A stretch of DNA of 64,000 bases from Eledone cirrhosa (Eukaryota), in NCBI GenBank assembly GCA_964016885.1, contig OZ024743.1, forward strand, positions 211,730,001 to 211,794,000, given 5' to 3'. Below are positions 52,117-64,000 of this stretch, piece by piece. The position numbers and the translations under genes are program-made. Within the stretch, counting starts at the first letter, position 1. Every line of letters starts with the position of its first letter. The notes beneath the pieces were generated by a model. It did no database searches and was not told the DNA's origin. It worked only from the letters and a program-made list of their open reading frames with translations.

Positions 52117-55100
52117 AAACATGTACCAGTAATTACAGATCGATCCGACCACGGGCGGCCGGCCCGCGATTGAAAAGGTAACTCCGCCGGCAAATCGTCA
52201 TTTTTGTGATTCGTTTTCTTCGAAGCACACCATTCGCCGCCGGACTTCAGCTGCCTCATTTAGCATCGGCAGTTTTTTTTGAAAATCACACCACACACAA
52301 CCAATGTGTGTCTGCACATGTACCAGTAATTACAGATCGATCCCACCACGAGTTCAATGTAAACAAACTTACGCTCAACGACTTTGTTGACGTTTAACAC
52401 GGTTTGGTTCCACAGCCACAACTATTGATTTTACGGAGATATCTTGCTGAAATTCACGCCACACATAGCCAATGAGTGTCTGCACATGTACCAGTAATTA
52501 CAGATCGATCCGACCAGGGGCGGCCGGCCCGCGATTGAAAAGGTAACTCCGCCGGCAAATCGTCATTTTTGGATTCGTTTTCTTCGAAGCACACCATTCG
52601 CCGGCGGACTTTGTTGACGTTTAACACGGTTTGGTTCCACAGCCACAACTATTGATTTTAAGGAGATATCTTGCTGAAATTCACGCCACACATAGCCAAT
52701 GAGTGTCTGCACATGTACCAGTAATTACAGATCGATCCGACCACGGACGGCCGGCCCGCGATTGAAAAGGTAACTCCGCCGGCAAATCGTCATTTTCGGA
52801 TTCGTTTTCTTCGAAGCACACCATTCGCCGGCGGACTTCAGCTGCCTCATTTAGCATGGGCAGTTTTTCTTGAAGATCACACCACACACAGCCAATGAGT
52901 GTCTGCACATGTACCAGTAATTAGAGATCGATCCGACCACGGGCGGCCGGCCCACGATCGAGAAAAAGGTAACTCCGCCGGCAAATCGTCATTTTTGTGA
53001 TCCGTTTTCTTCGAAGCACACCATTCGCCGCCGGACTTCAGCTGCCTCATTTAGCATGGGCAGTTTTTTTTGAAAATCACACCACACACAACCAATGTGT
53101 GTCTAAACATGTACCAGTAATTACAGATCGATCCGACCACGGGCGGCCGGCCCGCGATTGAAAAGGTAACTCCGCCGGCAAATCGTCATTTTTGTGATTC
53201 GTTTTCTTCGAAGCACACCATTCGCCGCCGGACTTCAGCTGCCTCATTTAGCATGGGCAGTTTTTTTTGAAAATCACACCACACACAACCAATGTGTGTC
53301 TGCACATGTACCAGTAATTACAGATCGATCCCACCACGAGTTCAATGTAAACTAACTTACGCTCAACGACTTTGTTGACGTTTAACACGGTTTGGTTCCA
53401 CAGCCACAACTATTGATTTTAAGGAGATATCTTGCTGAAATTCACGCCACACATAGCCAATGAGTGTCTGCACATGTACCAGTAATTACAGATCGATGCG
53501 ACCAGGGGCGGCCGGCCCGCGATTGAAAAGGTAACTCCGCCGGCAAATCGTCATTTTTGGATTCGTTTTCTTCGAAGCACACCATTCGCCGGCGGACTTT
53601 GTTGACGTTTAACACGGTTTGGTTCCACAGCCACAACTATTGATTTTAAGGAGATATCTTGCTGAAATTCACGCCACACATAGCCAATGAGTGTCTGCAC
53701 ATTTACCAGTAATTACAGATCGATCCGACCACGGGCGGCCGGCCCGCGATTGAAAAGGTAACTCCGCCGGCAAATCGTCATTTTTGTGATCCGTTTTCTT
53801 CGAAGCACACCATTCGCCGCCGGACTTCAGCTGCCTCATTTAGCATGGGCAGTTTTTTTTGAAAATCACACCACACACAACCAATGTGTGTCTGCACATG
53901 TACCAGTAATTACAGATCGATCCCACCACGGGCGGCCGGCCCACAATCGAAAAGGTTACTCCGCCTGCAAATCGTCATTTTCGGATTCGTTTTCTTCGAA
54001 GCACACCATTCGCCGGCGGACTTCAGCTGCCTCATTTAGCATGGGCAGTTTTTCTTGAAGATCACACCACACACAGCCAATGAGTGTCTGCACATGTACC
54101 AGTAATTAGAGATCGATCCGACCACGGGCGGCCGGCCCACGATCGAGAAAAAGGTAACTCCGCCGGCAAATCGTCATTTTTGTGATCCGTTTTCTTCGAA
54201 GCACACCATTCGCCGCCGGATTTCAGCTGCCTCATTTAGCATGGGCAGTTTTTTTTGAAAATCACACCACACACAACCAATGTGTGTCTAAACATGTACC
54301 AGTAATTACAGATCGATCCGACCACGGGCGGCCGGCCCGCGATTGAAAAGGTAACTCCGCCGGCAAATCGTCATTTTTGTGATTCGTTTTCTTCGAAGCA
54401 CACCATTCGCCGCCGGACTTCAGCTGCCTCATTTAGCATGGGCAGTTTTTTTTGAAAATCACACCACACACAACCAATGTGTGTCTGCACATGTACCAGT
54501 AATTACAGATCGATCCCACCACGAGTTCAATGTAAACAAACTTACGCTCAACGACTTTGTTGACGTTTAACACGGTTTGGTTCCACAGCCACAACTATTG
54601 ATTTTACGGAGATATCTTGCTGAAATTCACGCCACACATAGCCAATGAGTGTCTGCACATGTACCAGTAATTACAGATCGATCCGACCAGGGGCGGCCGG
54701 CCCGCGATTGAAAAGGTAACTCCGCCGGCAAATCGTCATTTTTGTGATTCGTTTTCTTCGAAGCACACCATTCGCCGGCGGACTTTGTTGACGTTTAACA
54801 CGGTTTGGTTCCACAGCCACAACTATTGATTTTAAGGAGATATCTTGCTGAAATTCACGCCACACATAGCCAATGAGTGTCTGCACATGTACCAGTAATT
54901 ACAGATGGATCCCACCACGGGCGGCCGGCCCACAATCGAAAAGGTTACTCCGCCTGCAAATCGTCATTTTCGGATTCGTTTTCTTCGAAGCACACCATTC
55001 GCCGGCGGACTTCAGCTGCCTCATTTAGCATGGGCAGTTTTTCTTGAAGATCACACCACACACAGCCAATGAGTGTCTGCACATGTACCAGTAATTAGAG

Positions 55101-58100
55101 ATCGATCCGACCACGGGCGGCCGGCCCACGATCGAGAAAAAGGTAACTCCGCCGGCAAATCGTCATTTTTGTGATCCGTTTTCTTCGAAGCACACCATTC
55201 GCCGCCGGACTTCAGCTGCCTCATTTAGGATGGGCAGTTTTTTTTGAAAATCACACCACACACAACCAATGTGTGTCTGCACATGTACCAGTAATTACAG
55301 ATCGATCCGACCACGGGCGGCCGGCCCGCGATTGAAAAGGTAACTCCGCCGGCAAATCGTCATTTTTGTGATTCGTTTTCTTCGAAGCACACCATTCGCC
55401 GCCGGACTTCAGCTGCCTCATTTAGCATGGGCAGTTTTTTTTGAAAATCACACCACACACAACCAATGTGTGTCTGCACATGTACCAGTAATTACAGATC
55501 GATCCCACCACGAGTTCAATGTAAACTAACTTACGCTCAACGACTTTGTTGACGTTTAACACGGTTTGGTTCCACAGCCACAACTATTGATTTTAAGGAG
55601 ATATCTTGCTGAAATTCACGCCACACATAGCCAATGAGTGTCTGCACATTTACCAGTAATTACAGATCGATCCGACCACGGGCGGCCGGCCCGCGATTGA
55701 AAAGGTAACTCCGCCGGCAAATCGTCATTTTTGTGATCCGTTTTCTTCGAAGCACACCATTCGCCGCCGGACTTCAGCTGCCTCATTTAGCATGGGCATT
55801 TTTTTTTGAAAATCACACCACACACAACCAATGTGTGTCTGCACATGTACCAGTAATTACAGATCGATCCCACCACGGGCGGCCGGCCCACAATCGAAAA
55901 GGTTACTCCGCCTGCAAATCGTCATTTTCGGATTCGTTTTCTTCGAAGCACACCATTCGCCGGCGGACTTCAGCTGCCTCATTTAGCATGGGCAGTTTTT
56001 CTTGAAGATCACACCACACACAGCCAATGAGTGTCTGCACATGTACCAGTAATTAGAGATCGATCCGACCACGGGCGGCCGGCCCACGATCGAGAAAAAG
56101 GTAACTCCGCCGGCAAATCGTCATTTTTGTGATCCGTTTTCTTCGAAGCACACCATTCGCCGCCGGACTTCAGCTGCCTCATTTAGCATGGGCAGTTTTT
56201 TTTGAAAATCACACCACACACAACCAATGTGTGTCTAAACATGTACCAGTAATTACAGATCGATCCGACCACGGGCGGCCGGCCCGCGATTGAAAAGGTA
56301 ACTCCGCCGGCAAATCGTCATTTTTGTGATTCGTTTTCTTCGAAGCACACCATTCGCCGCCGGACTTCAGCTGCCTCATTTAGCATCGGCAGTTTTTTTT
56401 GAAAATCACACCACACACAACCAATGTGTGTCTGCACATGTACCAGTAATTACAGATCGATCCCACCACGAGTTCAATGTAAACAAACTTACGCTCAACG
56501 ACTTTGTTGACGTTTAACACGGTTTGGTTCCACAGCCACAACTATTGATTTTACGGAGATATCTTGCTGAAATTCACGCCACACATAGCCAATGAGTGTC
56601 TGCACATGTACCAGTAATTACAGATCGATCCGACCAGGGGCGGCCGGCCCGCGATTGAAAAGGTAACTCCGCCGGCAAATCGTCATTTTTGGATTCGTTT
56701 TCTTCGAAGCACACCATTCGCCGGCGGACTTTGTTGACGTTTAACACGGTTTGGTTCCACAGCCACAACTATTGATTTTAAGGAGATATCTTGCTGAAAT
56801 TCACGCCACACATAGCCAATGAGTGTCTGCACATGTACCAGTAATTACAGATCGATCCGACCACGGACGGCCGGCCCGCGATTGAAAAGGTAACTCCGCC
56901 GGCAAATCGTCATTTTCGGATTCGTTTTCTTCGAAGCACACCATTCGCCGGCGGACTTCAGCTGCCTCATTTAGCATGGGCAGTTTTTCTTGAAGATCAC
57001 ACCACACACAGCCAATGAGTGTCTGCACATGTACCAGTAATTAGAGATCGATCCGACCACGGGCGGCCGGCCCACGATCGAGAAAAAGGTAACTCCGCCG
57101 GCAAATCGTCATTTTTGTGATCCGTTTTCTTCGAAGCACACCATTCGCCGCCGGACTTCAGCTGCCTCATTTAGCATGGGCAGTTTTTTTTGAAAATCAC
57201 ACCACACACAACCAATGTGTGTCTAAACATGTACCAGTAATTACAGATCGATCCGACCACGGGCGGCCGGCCCGCGATTGAAAAGGTAACTCCGCCGGCA
57301 AATCGTCATTTTTGTGATTCGTTTTCTTCGAAGCACACCATTCGCCGCCGGACTTCAGCTGCCTCATTTAGCATGGGCAGTTTTTTTTGAAAATCACACC
57401 ACACACAACCAATGTGTGTCTGCACATGTACCAGTAATTACAGATCGATCCCACCACGAGTTCAATGTAAACTAACTTACGCTCAACGACTTTGTTGACG
57501 TTTAACACGGTTTGGTTCCACAGCCACAACTATTGATTTTAAGGAGATATCTTGCTGAAATTCACGCCACACATAGCCAATGAGTGTCTGCACATGTACC
57601 AGTAATTACAGATCGATGCGACCAGGGGCGGCCGGCCCGCGATTGAAAAGGTAACTCCGCCGGCAAATCGTCATTTTTGGATTCGTTTTCTTCGAAGCAC
57701 ACCATTCGCCGGCGGACTTTGTTGACGTTTAACACGGTTTGGTTCCACAGCCACAACTATTGATTTTAAGGAGATATCTTGCTGAAATTCACGCCACACA
57801 TAGCCAATGAGTGTCTGCACATTTACCAGTAATTACAGATCGATCCGACCACGGGCGGCCGGCCCGCGATTGAAAAGGTAACTCCGCCGGCAAATCGTCA
57901 TTTTTGTGATCCGTTTTCTTCGAAGCACACCATTCGCCGCCGGACTTCAGCTGCCTCATTTAGCATGGGCAGTTTTTTTTGAAAATCACACCACACACAA
58001 CCAATGTGTGTCTGCACATGTACCAGTAATTACAGATCGATCCCACCACGGGCGGCCGGCCCACAATCGAAAAGGTTACTCCGCCTGCAAATCGTCATTT

Positions 58101-58559
58101 TCGGATTCGTTTTCTTCGAAGCACACCATTCGCCGGCGGACTTCAGCTGCCTCATTTAGCATGGGCAGTTTTTCTTGAAGATCACACCACACACAGCCAA
58201 TGAGTGTCTGCACATGTACCAGTAATTAGAGATCGATCCGACCACGGGCGGCCGGCCCACGATCGAGAAAAAGGTAACTCCGCCGGCAAATCGTCATTTT
58301 TGTGATCCGTTTTCTTCGAAGCACACCATTCGCCGCCGGACTTCAGCTGCCTCATTTAGCATGGGCAGTTTTTTTTGAAAATCACACCACACACAACCAA
58401 TGTGTGTCTAAACATGTACCAGTAATTACAGATCGATCCGACCACGGGCGGCCGGCCCGCGATTGAAAAGGTAACTCCGCCGGCAAATCGTCATTTTTGT
58501 GATTCGTTTTCTTCGAAGCACACCATTCGCCGCCGGACTTCAGCTGCCTCATTTAGCAT
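49234..58559 (+). repeat. 4120-bp tandem duplication (~2.2 copies)
   Basis: ORF offsets 49322/53442/57562, 50551/54671, 51613/55733, 52206/56326 and 52681/56801 are all 4120. Both copies share the GGGCATTTT variant. Confidence 0.88.
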
Positions 58560-61500
58560 CGGCAGTTTTTTTTGAAAATCACACCACACACAACCAATGT
58601 GTGTCTGCACATGTACCAGTAATTACAGATCGATCCCACCACGAGTTCAATGTAAACAAACTTACGCTCAACGACTTTGTTGACGTTTAACACGGTTTGG
58701 TTCCACAGCCACAACTATTGATTTTACGGAGATATCTTGCTGAAATTCACGCCACACATAGCCAATGAGTGTCTGCACATGTACCAGTAATTACAGATCG
58801 ATCCGACCAGGGGCGGCCGGCCCGCGATTGAAAAGGTAACTCCGCCGGCAAATCGTCATTTTTGGATTCGTTTTCTTCGAAGCACACCATTCGCCGGCGG
58901 ACTTTGTTGACGTTTAACACGGTTTGGTTCCACAGCCACAACTATTGATTTTAAGGAGATATCTTGCTGAAATTCACGCCACACATAGCCAATGAGTGTC
59001 TGCACATGTACCAGTAATTACAGATCGATCCGACCACGGACGGCCGGCCCGCGATTGAAAAGGTAACTCCGCCGGCAAATCGTCATTTTCGGATTCGTTT
59101 TCTTCGAAGCACACCATTCGCCGGCGGACTTCAGCTGCCTCATTTAGCATGGGCAGTTTTTCTTGAAGATCACACCACACACAGCCAATGAGTGTCTGCA
59201 CATGTACCAGTAATTAGAGATCGATCCGACCACGGGCGGCCGGCCCACGATCGAGAAAAAGGTAACTCCGCCGGCAAATCGTCATTTTTGTGATCCGTTT
59301 TCTTCGAAGCACACCATTCGCCGCCGGACTTCAGCTGCCTCATTTAGCATGGGCAGTTTTTTTTGAAAATCACACCACACACAACCAATGTGTGTCTAAA
59401 CATGTACCAGTAATTACAGATCGATCCGACCACGGGCGGCCGGCCCGCGATTGAAAAGGTAACTCCGCCGGCAAATCGTCATTTTTGTGATTCGTTTTCT
59501 TCGAAGCACACCATTCGCCGCCGGACTTCAGCTGCCTCATTTAGCATGGGCAGTTTTTTTTGAAAATCACACCACACACAACCAATGTGTGTCTGCACAT
59601 GTACCAGTAATTACAGATCGATCCCACCACGAGTTCAATGTAAACTAACTTACGCTCAACGACTTTGTTGACGTTTAACACGGTTTGGTTCCACAGCCAC
59701 AACTATTGATTTTAAGGAGATATCTTGCTGAAATTCACGCCACACATAGCCAATGAGTGTCTGCACATGTACCAGTAATTACAGATCGATGCGACCAGGG
59801 GCGGCCGGCCCGCGATTGAAAAGGTAACTCCGCCGGCAAATCGTCATTTTTGGATTCGTTTTCTTCGAAGCACACCATTCGCCGGCGGACTTTGTTGACG
59901 TTTAACACGGTTTGGTTCCACAGCCACAACTATTGATTTTAAGGAGATATCTTGCTGAAATTCACGCCACACATAGCCAATGAGTGTCTGCACATTTACC
60001 AGTAATTACAGATCGATCCGACCACGGGCGGCCGGCCCGCGATTGAAAAGGTAACTCCGCCGGCAAATCGTCATTTTTGTGATCCGTTTTCTTCGAAGCA
60101 CACCATTCGCCGCCGGACTTCAGCTGCCTCATTTAGCATGGGCAGTTTTTTTTGAAAATCACACCACACACAACCAATGTGTGTCTGCACATGTACCAGT
60201 AATTACAGATCGATCCCACCACGGGCGGCCGGCCCACAATCGAAAAGGTTACTCCGCCTGCAAATCGTCATTTTCGGATTCGTTTTCTTCGAAGCACACC
60301 ATTCGCCGGCGGACTTCAGCTGCCTCATTTAGCATGGGCAGTTTTTCTTGAAGATCACACCACACACAGCCAATGAGTGTCTGCACATGTACCAGTAATT
60401 AGAGATCGATCCGACCACGGGCGGCCGGCCCACGATCGAGAAAAAGGTAACTCCGCCGGCAAATCGTCATTTTTGTGATCCGTTTTCTTCGAAGCACACC
60501 ATTCGCCGCCGGACTTCAGCTGCCTCATTTAGCATGGGCAGTTTTTTTTGAAAATCACACCACACACAACCAATGTGTGTCTAAACATGTACCAGTAATT
60601 ACAGATCGATCCGACCACGGGCGGCCGGCCCGCGATTGAAAAGGTAACTCCGCCGGCAAATCGTCATTTTTGTGATTCGTTTTCTTCGAAGCACACCATT
60701 CGCCGCCGGACTTCAGCTGCCTCATTTAGCATCGGCAGTTTTTTTTGAAAATCACACCACACACAACCAATGTGTGTCTGCACATGTACCAGTAATTACA
60801 GATCGATCCCACCACGAGTTCAATGTAAACAAACTTACGCTCAACGACTTTGTTGACGTTTAACACGGTTTGGTTACACAGCCACAACTATTGATTTTAC
60901 GGAGATATCTTGCTGAAATTCACGCCACACATAGCCAATGAGTGTCTGCACATGTACCAGTAATTACAGATCGATCCGACCAGGGGCGGCCGGCCCGCGA
61001 TTGAAAAGGTAACTCCGCCGGCAAATCGTCATTTTTGGATTCGTTTTCTTCGAAGCACACCATTCGCCGGCGGACTTTGTTGACGTTTAACACGGTTTGG
61101 TTCCACAGCCACAACTATTGATTTTAAGGAGATATCTTGCTGAAATTCACGCCACACATAGCCAATGAGTGTCTGCACATGTACCAGTAATTACAGATCG
61201 ATCCGACCACGGACGGCCGGCCCGCGATTGAAAAGGTAACTCCGCCGGCAAATCGTCATTTTCGGATTCGTTTTCTTCGAAGCACACCATTCGCCGGCGG
61301 ACTTCAGCTGCCTCATTTAGCATGGGCAGTTTTTCTTGAAGATCACACCACACACAGCCAATGAGTGTCTGCACATGTACCAGTAATTAGAGATCGATCC
61401 GACCACGGGCGGCCGGCCCACGATCGAGAAAAAGGTAACTCCGCCGGCAAATCGTCATTTTTGTGATCCGTTTTCTTCGAAGCACACCATTCGCCGCCGG

Positions 61501-63070
61501 ACTTCAGCTGCCTCATTTAGCATGGGCAGTTTTTTTTGAAAATCACACCACACACAACCAATGTGTGTCTGCACATGTACCAGTAATTACAGATCGATCC
61601 GACCACGGGCGGCCGGCCCGCGATTGAAAAGGTAACTCCGCCGGCAAATCGTCATTTTTGTGATTCGTTTTCTTCGAAGCACACCATTCGCCGCCGGACT
61701 TCAGCTGCCTCATTTAACATGGGCAGTTTTTTTTTAAAATCACACCACACACAACCAATGTGTTTCTGCACATGTACCAGTAATTACAGATCGATCCCAC
61801 CACGAGTTCAATGTAAACTAACTTACGCTCAACGACTTTGTTGACGTTTAACACGGTTTGGTTCCACAGCCACAACTATTGATTTTAAGGAGATATCTTG
61901 CTGAAATTCACGCCACACATAGCCAATGAGTGTCTGCACATGTATCAGTAATTACAGATCGATCCGACCAGGGGCGGCCGGCCCGCGATTGAAAAGGTAA
62001 CTCCGCCGGCAAATCGTCATTTTTGGATTCGTTTTCTTCGAAGCACACCATTCGCCGGCGGACTTTGTTGACGTTTAACACGGTTTGGTTCCACAGCCAC
62101 AACTATTGATTTTAAGGAGATATCTTGCTGAAATTCACGCCACACATAGCCAATGAGTGTCTGCACATGTACCAGTAATTACAGATCGATCCGACCACGG
62201 GCGGCCGGCCCGCGATTGAAAAGGTAACTCCGCCGGCAAATCGTCATTTTTGTGATCCGTTTTCTTCGAAGCACACCATTCGCCGCCGGACTTCAGCTGC
62301 CTCATTTAGCATGGGCAGTTTTTTTTGAAAATCACACCACACACAACCAATGTGTGTCTGCACATGTACCAGTAATTACAGATCGATCCCACCACGGGCG
62401 ACCGGCCCACAATCGAAAAGGTTACTCCGCCTGCAAATCGTCATTTTCGGATTCGTTTTCTTCGAAGCACACCATTCGCCGGCGGACTTCAGCTGCCTCA
62501 TTTAGCATGGGCAGTTTTTCTTGAAGATCACACCACACACAGCCAATGAGTGTCTGCACATGTACCAGTAATTAGAGATCGATCCGACCACGGGCGGCCG
62601 GCCCACGATCGAGAAAAAGGTAACTCCGCCGGCAAATCGTCATTTTTGTGATCCGTTTTCTTCGAAGCACACCATTCGCCGCCGGACTTCAGCTGCCTCA
62701 TTTAGCATGGGCAGTTTTTTTTGAAAATCACACCACACACAACCAATGTGTGTCTAAACATGTACCAGTAATTACAGATCGATCCGACCACGGGCGGCCG
62801 GCCCGCGATTGAAAAGGTAACTCCGCCGGCAAATCGTCATTTTTGTGATTCGTTTTCTTCGAAGCACACCATTCGCCGCCGGACTTCAGCTGCCTCATTT
62901 AGCATCGGCAGTTTTTTTTGAAAATCACACCACACACAACCAATGTGTGTCTGCACATGTACCAGTAATTACAGATCGATCCCACCACGAGTTCAATGTA
63001 AACAAACTTACGCTCAACGACTTTGTTGACGTTTAACACGGTTTGGTTCCACAGCCACAACTATTGATTT
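55800..63070 (+). repeat. 2173-bp 11-monomer higher-order repeat (B,A197,A196,A200,A197,C,B,A196,A200,A197,C), ~3.3 copies
   Basis: ORF offsets 55733/57906/60079/62252, 56326/58499/60672/62845 and 57562/59735/61908 are all 2173, which equals 1185+988. Confidence 0.92.
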
Positions 63071-64000
63071 TAAGGAGATATCTTGCTGAAATTCACGCCA
63101 CACATAGCCAATGAGTGTCTGCACATGTACCAGTAATTACAGATCGATCCGACCACGGACGGCCGGCCCGCGATTGAAAAGGTAACTCCGCCGGCAAATC
63201 GTCATTTTCGGATTCGTTTTCTTCGAAGCACACCATTCGCCGGCGGACTTCAGCTGCCTCATTTAGCATGGGCAGTTTTTCTTGAAGATCACACCACACA
63301 CAGCCAATGAGTGTCTGCACATGTACCAGTAATTAGAGATCGATCCGACCACGGGCGGCCGGCCCACGATCGAGAAAATGGTAACTCCGCCGGCAAATCG
63401 TCATTTTTGTGATCCGTTTTCTTCGAAGCACACCATTCGCCGCCGGACTTCAGCTGCCTCATTTAGCATGGGCAGTTTTTTTTGAAAATCACACCACACA
63501 CAACCAATGTGTGTCTGCACATGTACCAGTAATTACAGATCGATCCGACCACGGGCGGCCGGCCCGCGATTGAAAAGGTAACTCCGCCGGCAAATCGTCA
63601 TTTTTGTGATTCGTTTTCTTCGAAGCACACCATTCGCCGCCGGACTTCAGCTGCCTCATTTAACATGGGCAGTTTTTTTTTAAAATCACACCACACACAA
63701 CCAATGTGTTTCTGCACATGTACCAGTAATTACAGATCGATCCCACCACGAGTTCAATGTAAACTAACTTACGCTCAACGACTTTGTTGACGTTTAACAC
63801 GGTTTGGTTCCACAGCCACAACTATTGATTTTAAGGAGATATCTTGCTGAAATTCACGCCACACATAGCCAATGAGTGTCTGCACATGTACCAGTAATTA
63901 CAGATCGATCCGACCAGGGGCGGCCGGCCCGCGATTGAAAAGGTAACTCCGCCGGCAAATCGTCATTTTTGGATTCGTTTTCTTCGAAGCACACCATTCG

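Larger units (their letters stand above)
1..64000. repeat. Tandem satellite DNA array (~197-bp mean monomer) with three modular monomer classes and nested higher-order repeats; extends beyond both window edges
   Basis: The motif TCAC(A/G)CCACACA..CCAATG.GTGTCTGCACATGTACCAGTAATTA recurs throughout on the + strand (starts at 42, 238, 434, 634, 831, 999, 1226...). I saw no unique sequence, inversion or insertion. The ORF track shows only about 5 short peptides recurring at repeat intervals. Confidence 0.99.

Noticed and set aside
238-63320. About 110 short ORFs (63-90 aa) on both strands
   Set aside because: They are about 5 peptides repeated with the satellite. They straddle monomer junctions, appear or vanish with 1-3-bp monomer indels, overlap on opposite strands and resemble no protein family I recognise.
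1-64000. CRISPR-like array (constant head with variable intervening segments)
   Set aside because: The intervening segments are only three recurring types rather than unique spacers, the units are 168-228 bp, and there are no cas genes.
1-64000. Array as a purely synthetic or collapsed-assembly artefact
   Set aside because: Hierarchically shared private SNPs, hybrid monomers and singleton variants fit natural evolution. Exact copy numbers of the near-identical units still need read support.

Overview
The whole 64 kb window is one uninterrupted, head-to-tail, single-orientation tandem satellite array of roughly 325 monomers (64000/~197). It most likely comes from a eukaryotic centromeric or pericentromeric region, and I cannot name the family or species from sequence alone. 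I found no credible genes, RNA genes, transposons or CRISPR arrays; every ORF in the track is a by-product of the repeat. Monomers are modular: a shared 65-bp head (H), one of two middles (M1 ~88 bp, CpG-rich; M2 29 bp, AT-rich), a common GACTT hinge, and one of two tails (T1 38 bp; T2 69 bp). This gives class A (H-M1-T1, 196/197/200 bp), class B (H-M1-T2, 227/228 bp) and class C (H-M2-T2, 168 bp). Monomers form 4-7-mer blocks ending in C. These blocks build nested higher-order repeats (1942, 1946, 2173, 2935, 3131, 4120 bp), and the repeats are in turn copied in a near-identical >20-kb duplication (1-20859 vs 28328-52116). Notable points are the chimeric B class, the C+B pair that preserves the ~197-bp period, dense dyad symmetry with one symmetry-preserving double change, and an 8/9 CENP-B-box-like motif restricted to a subset of monomers.
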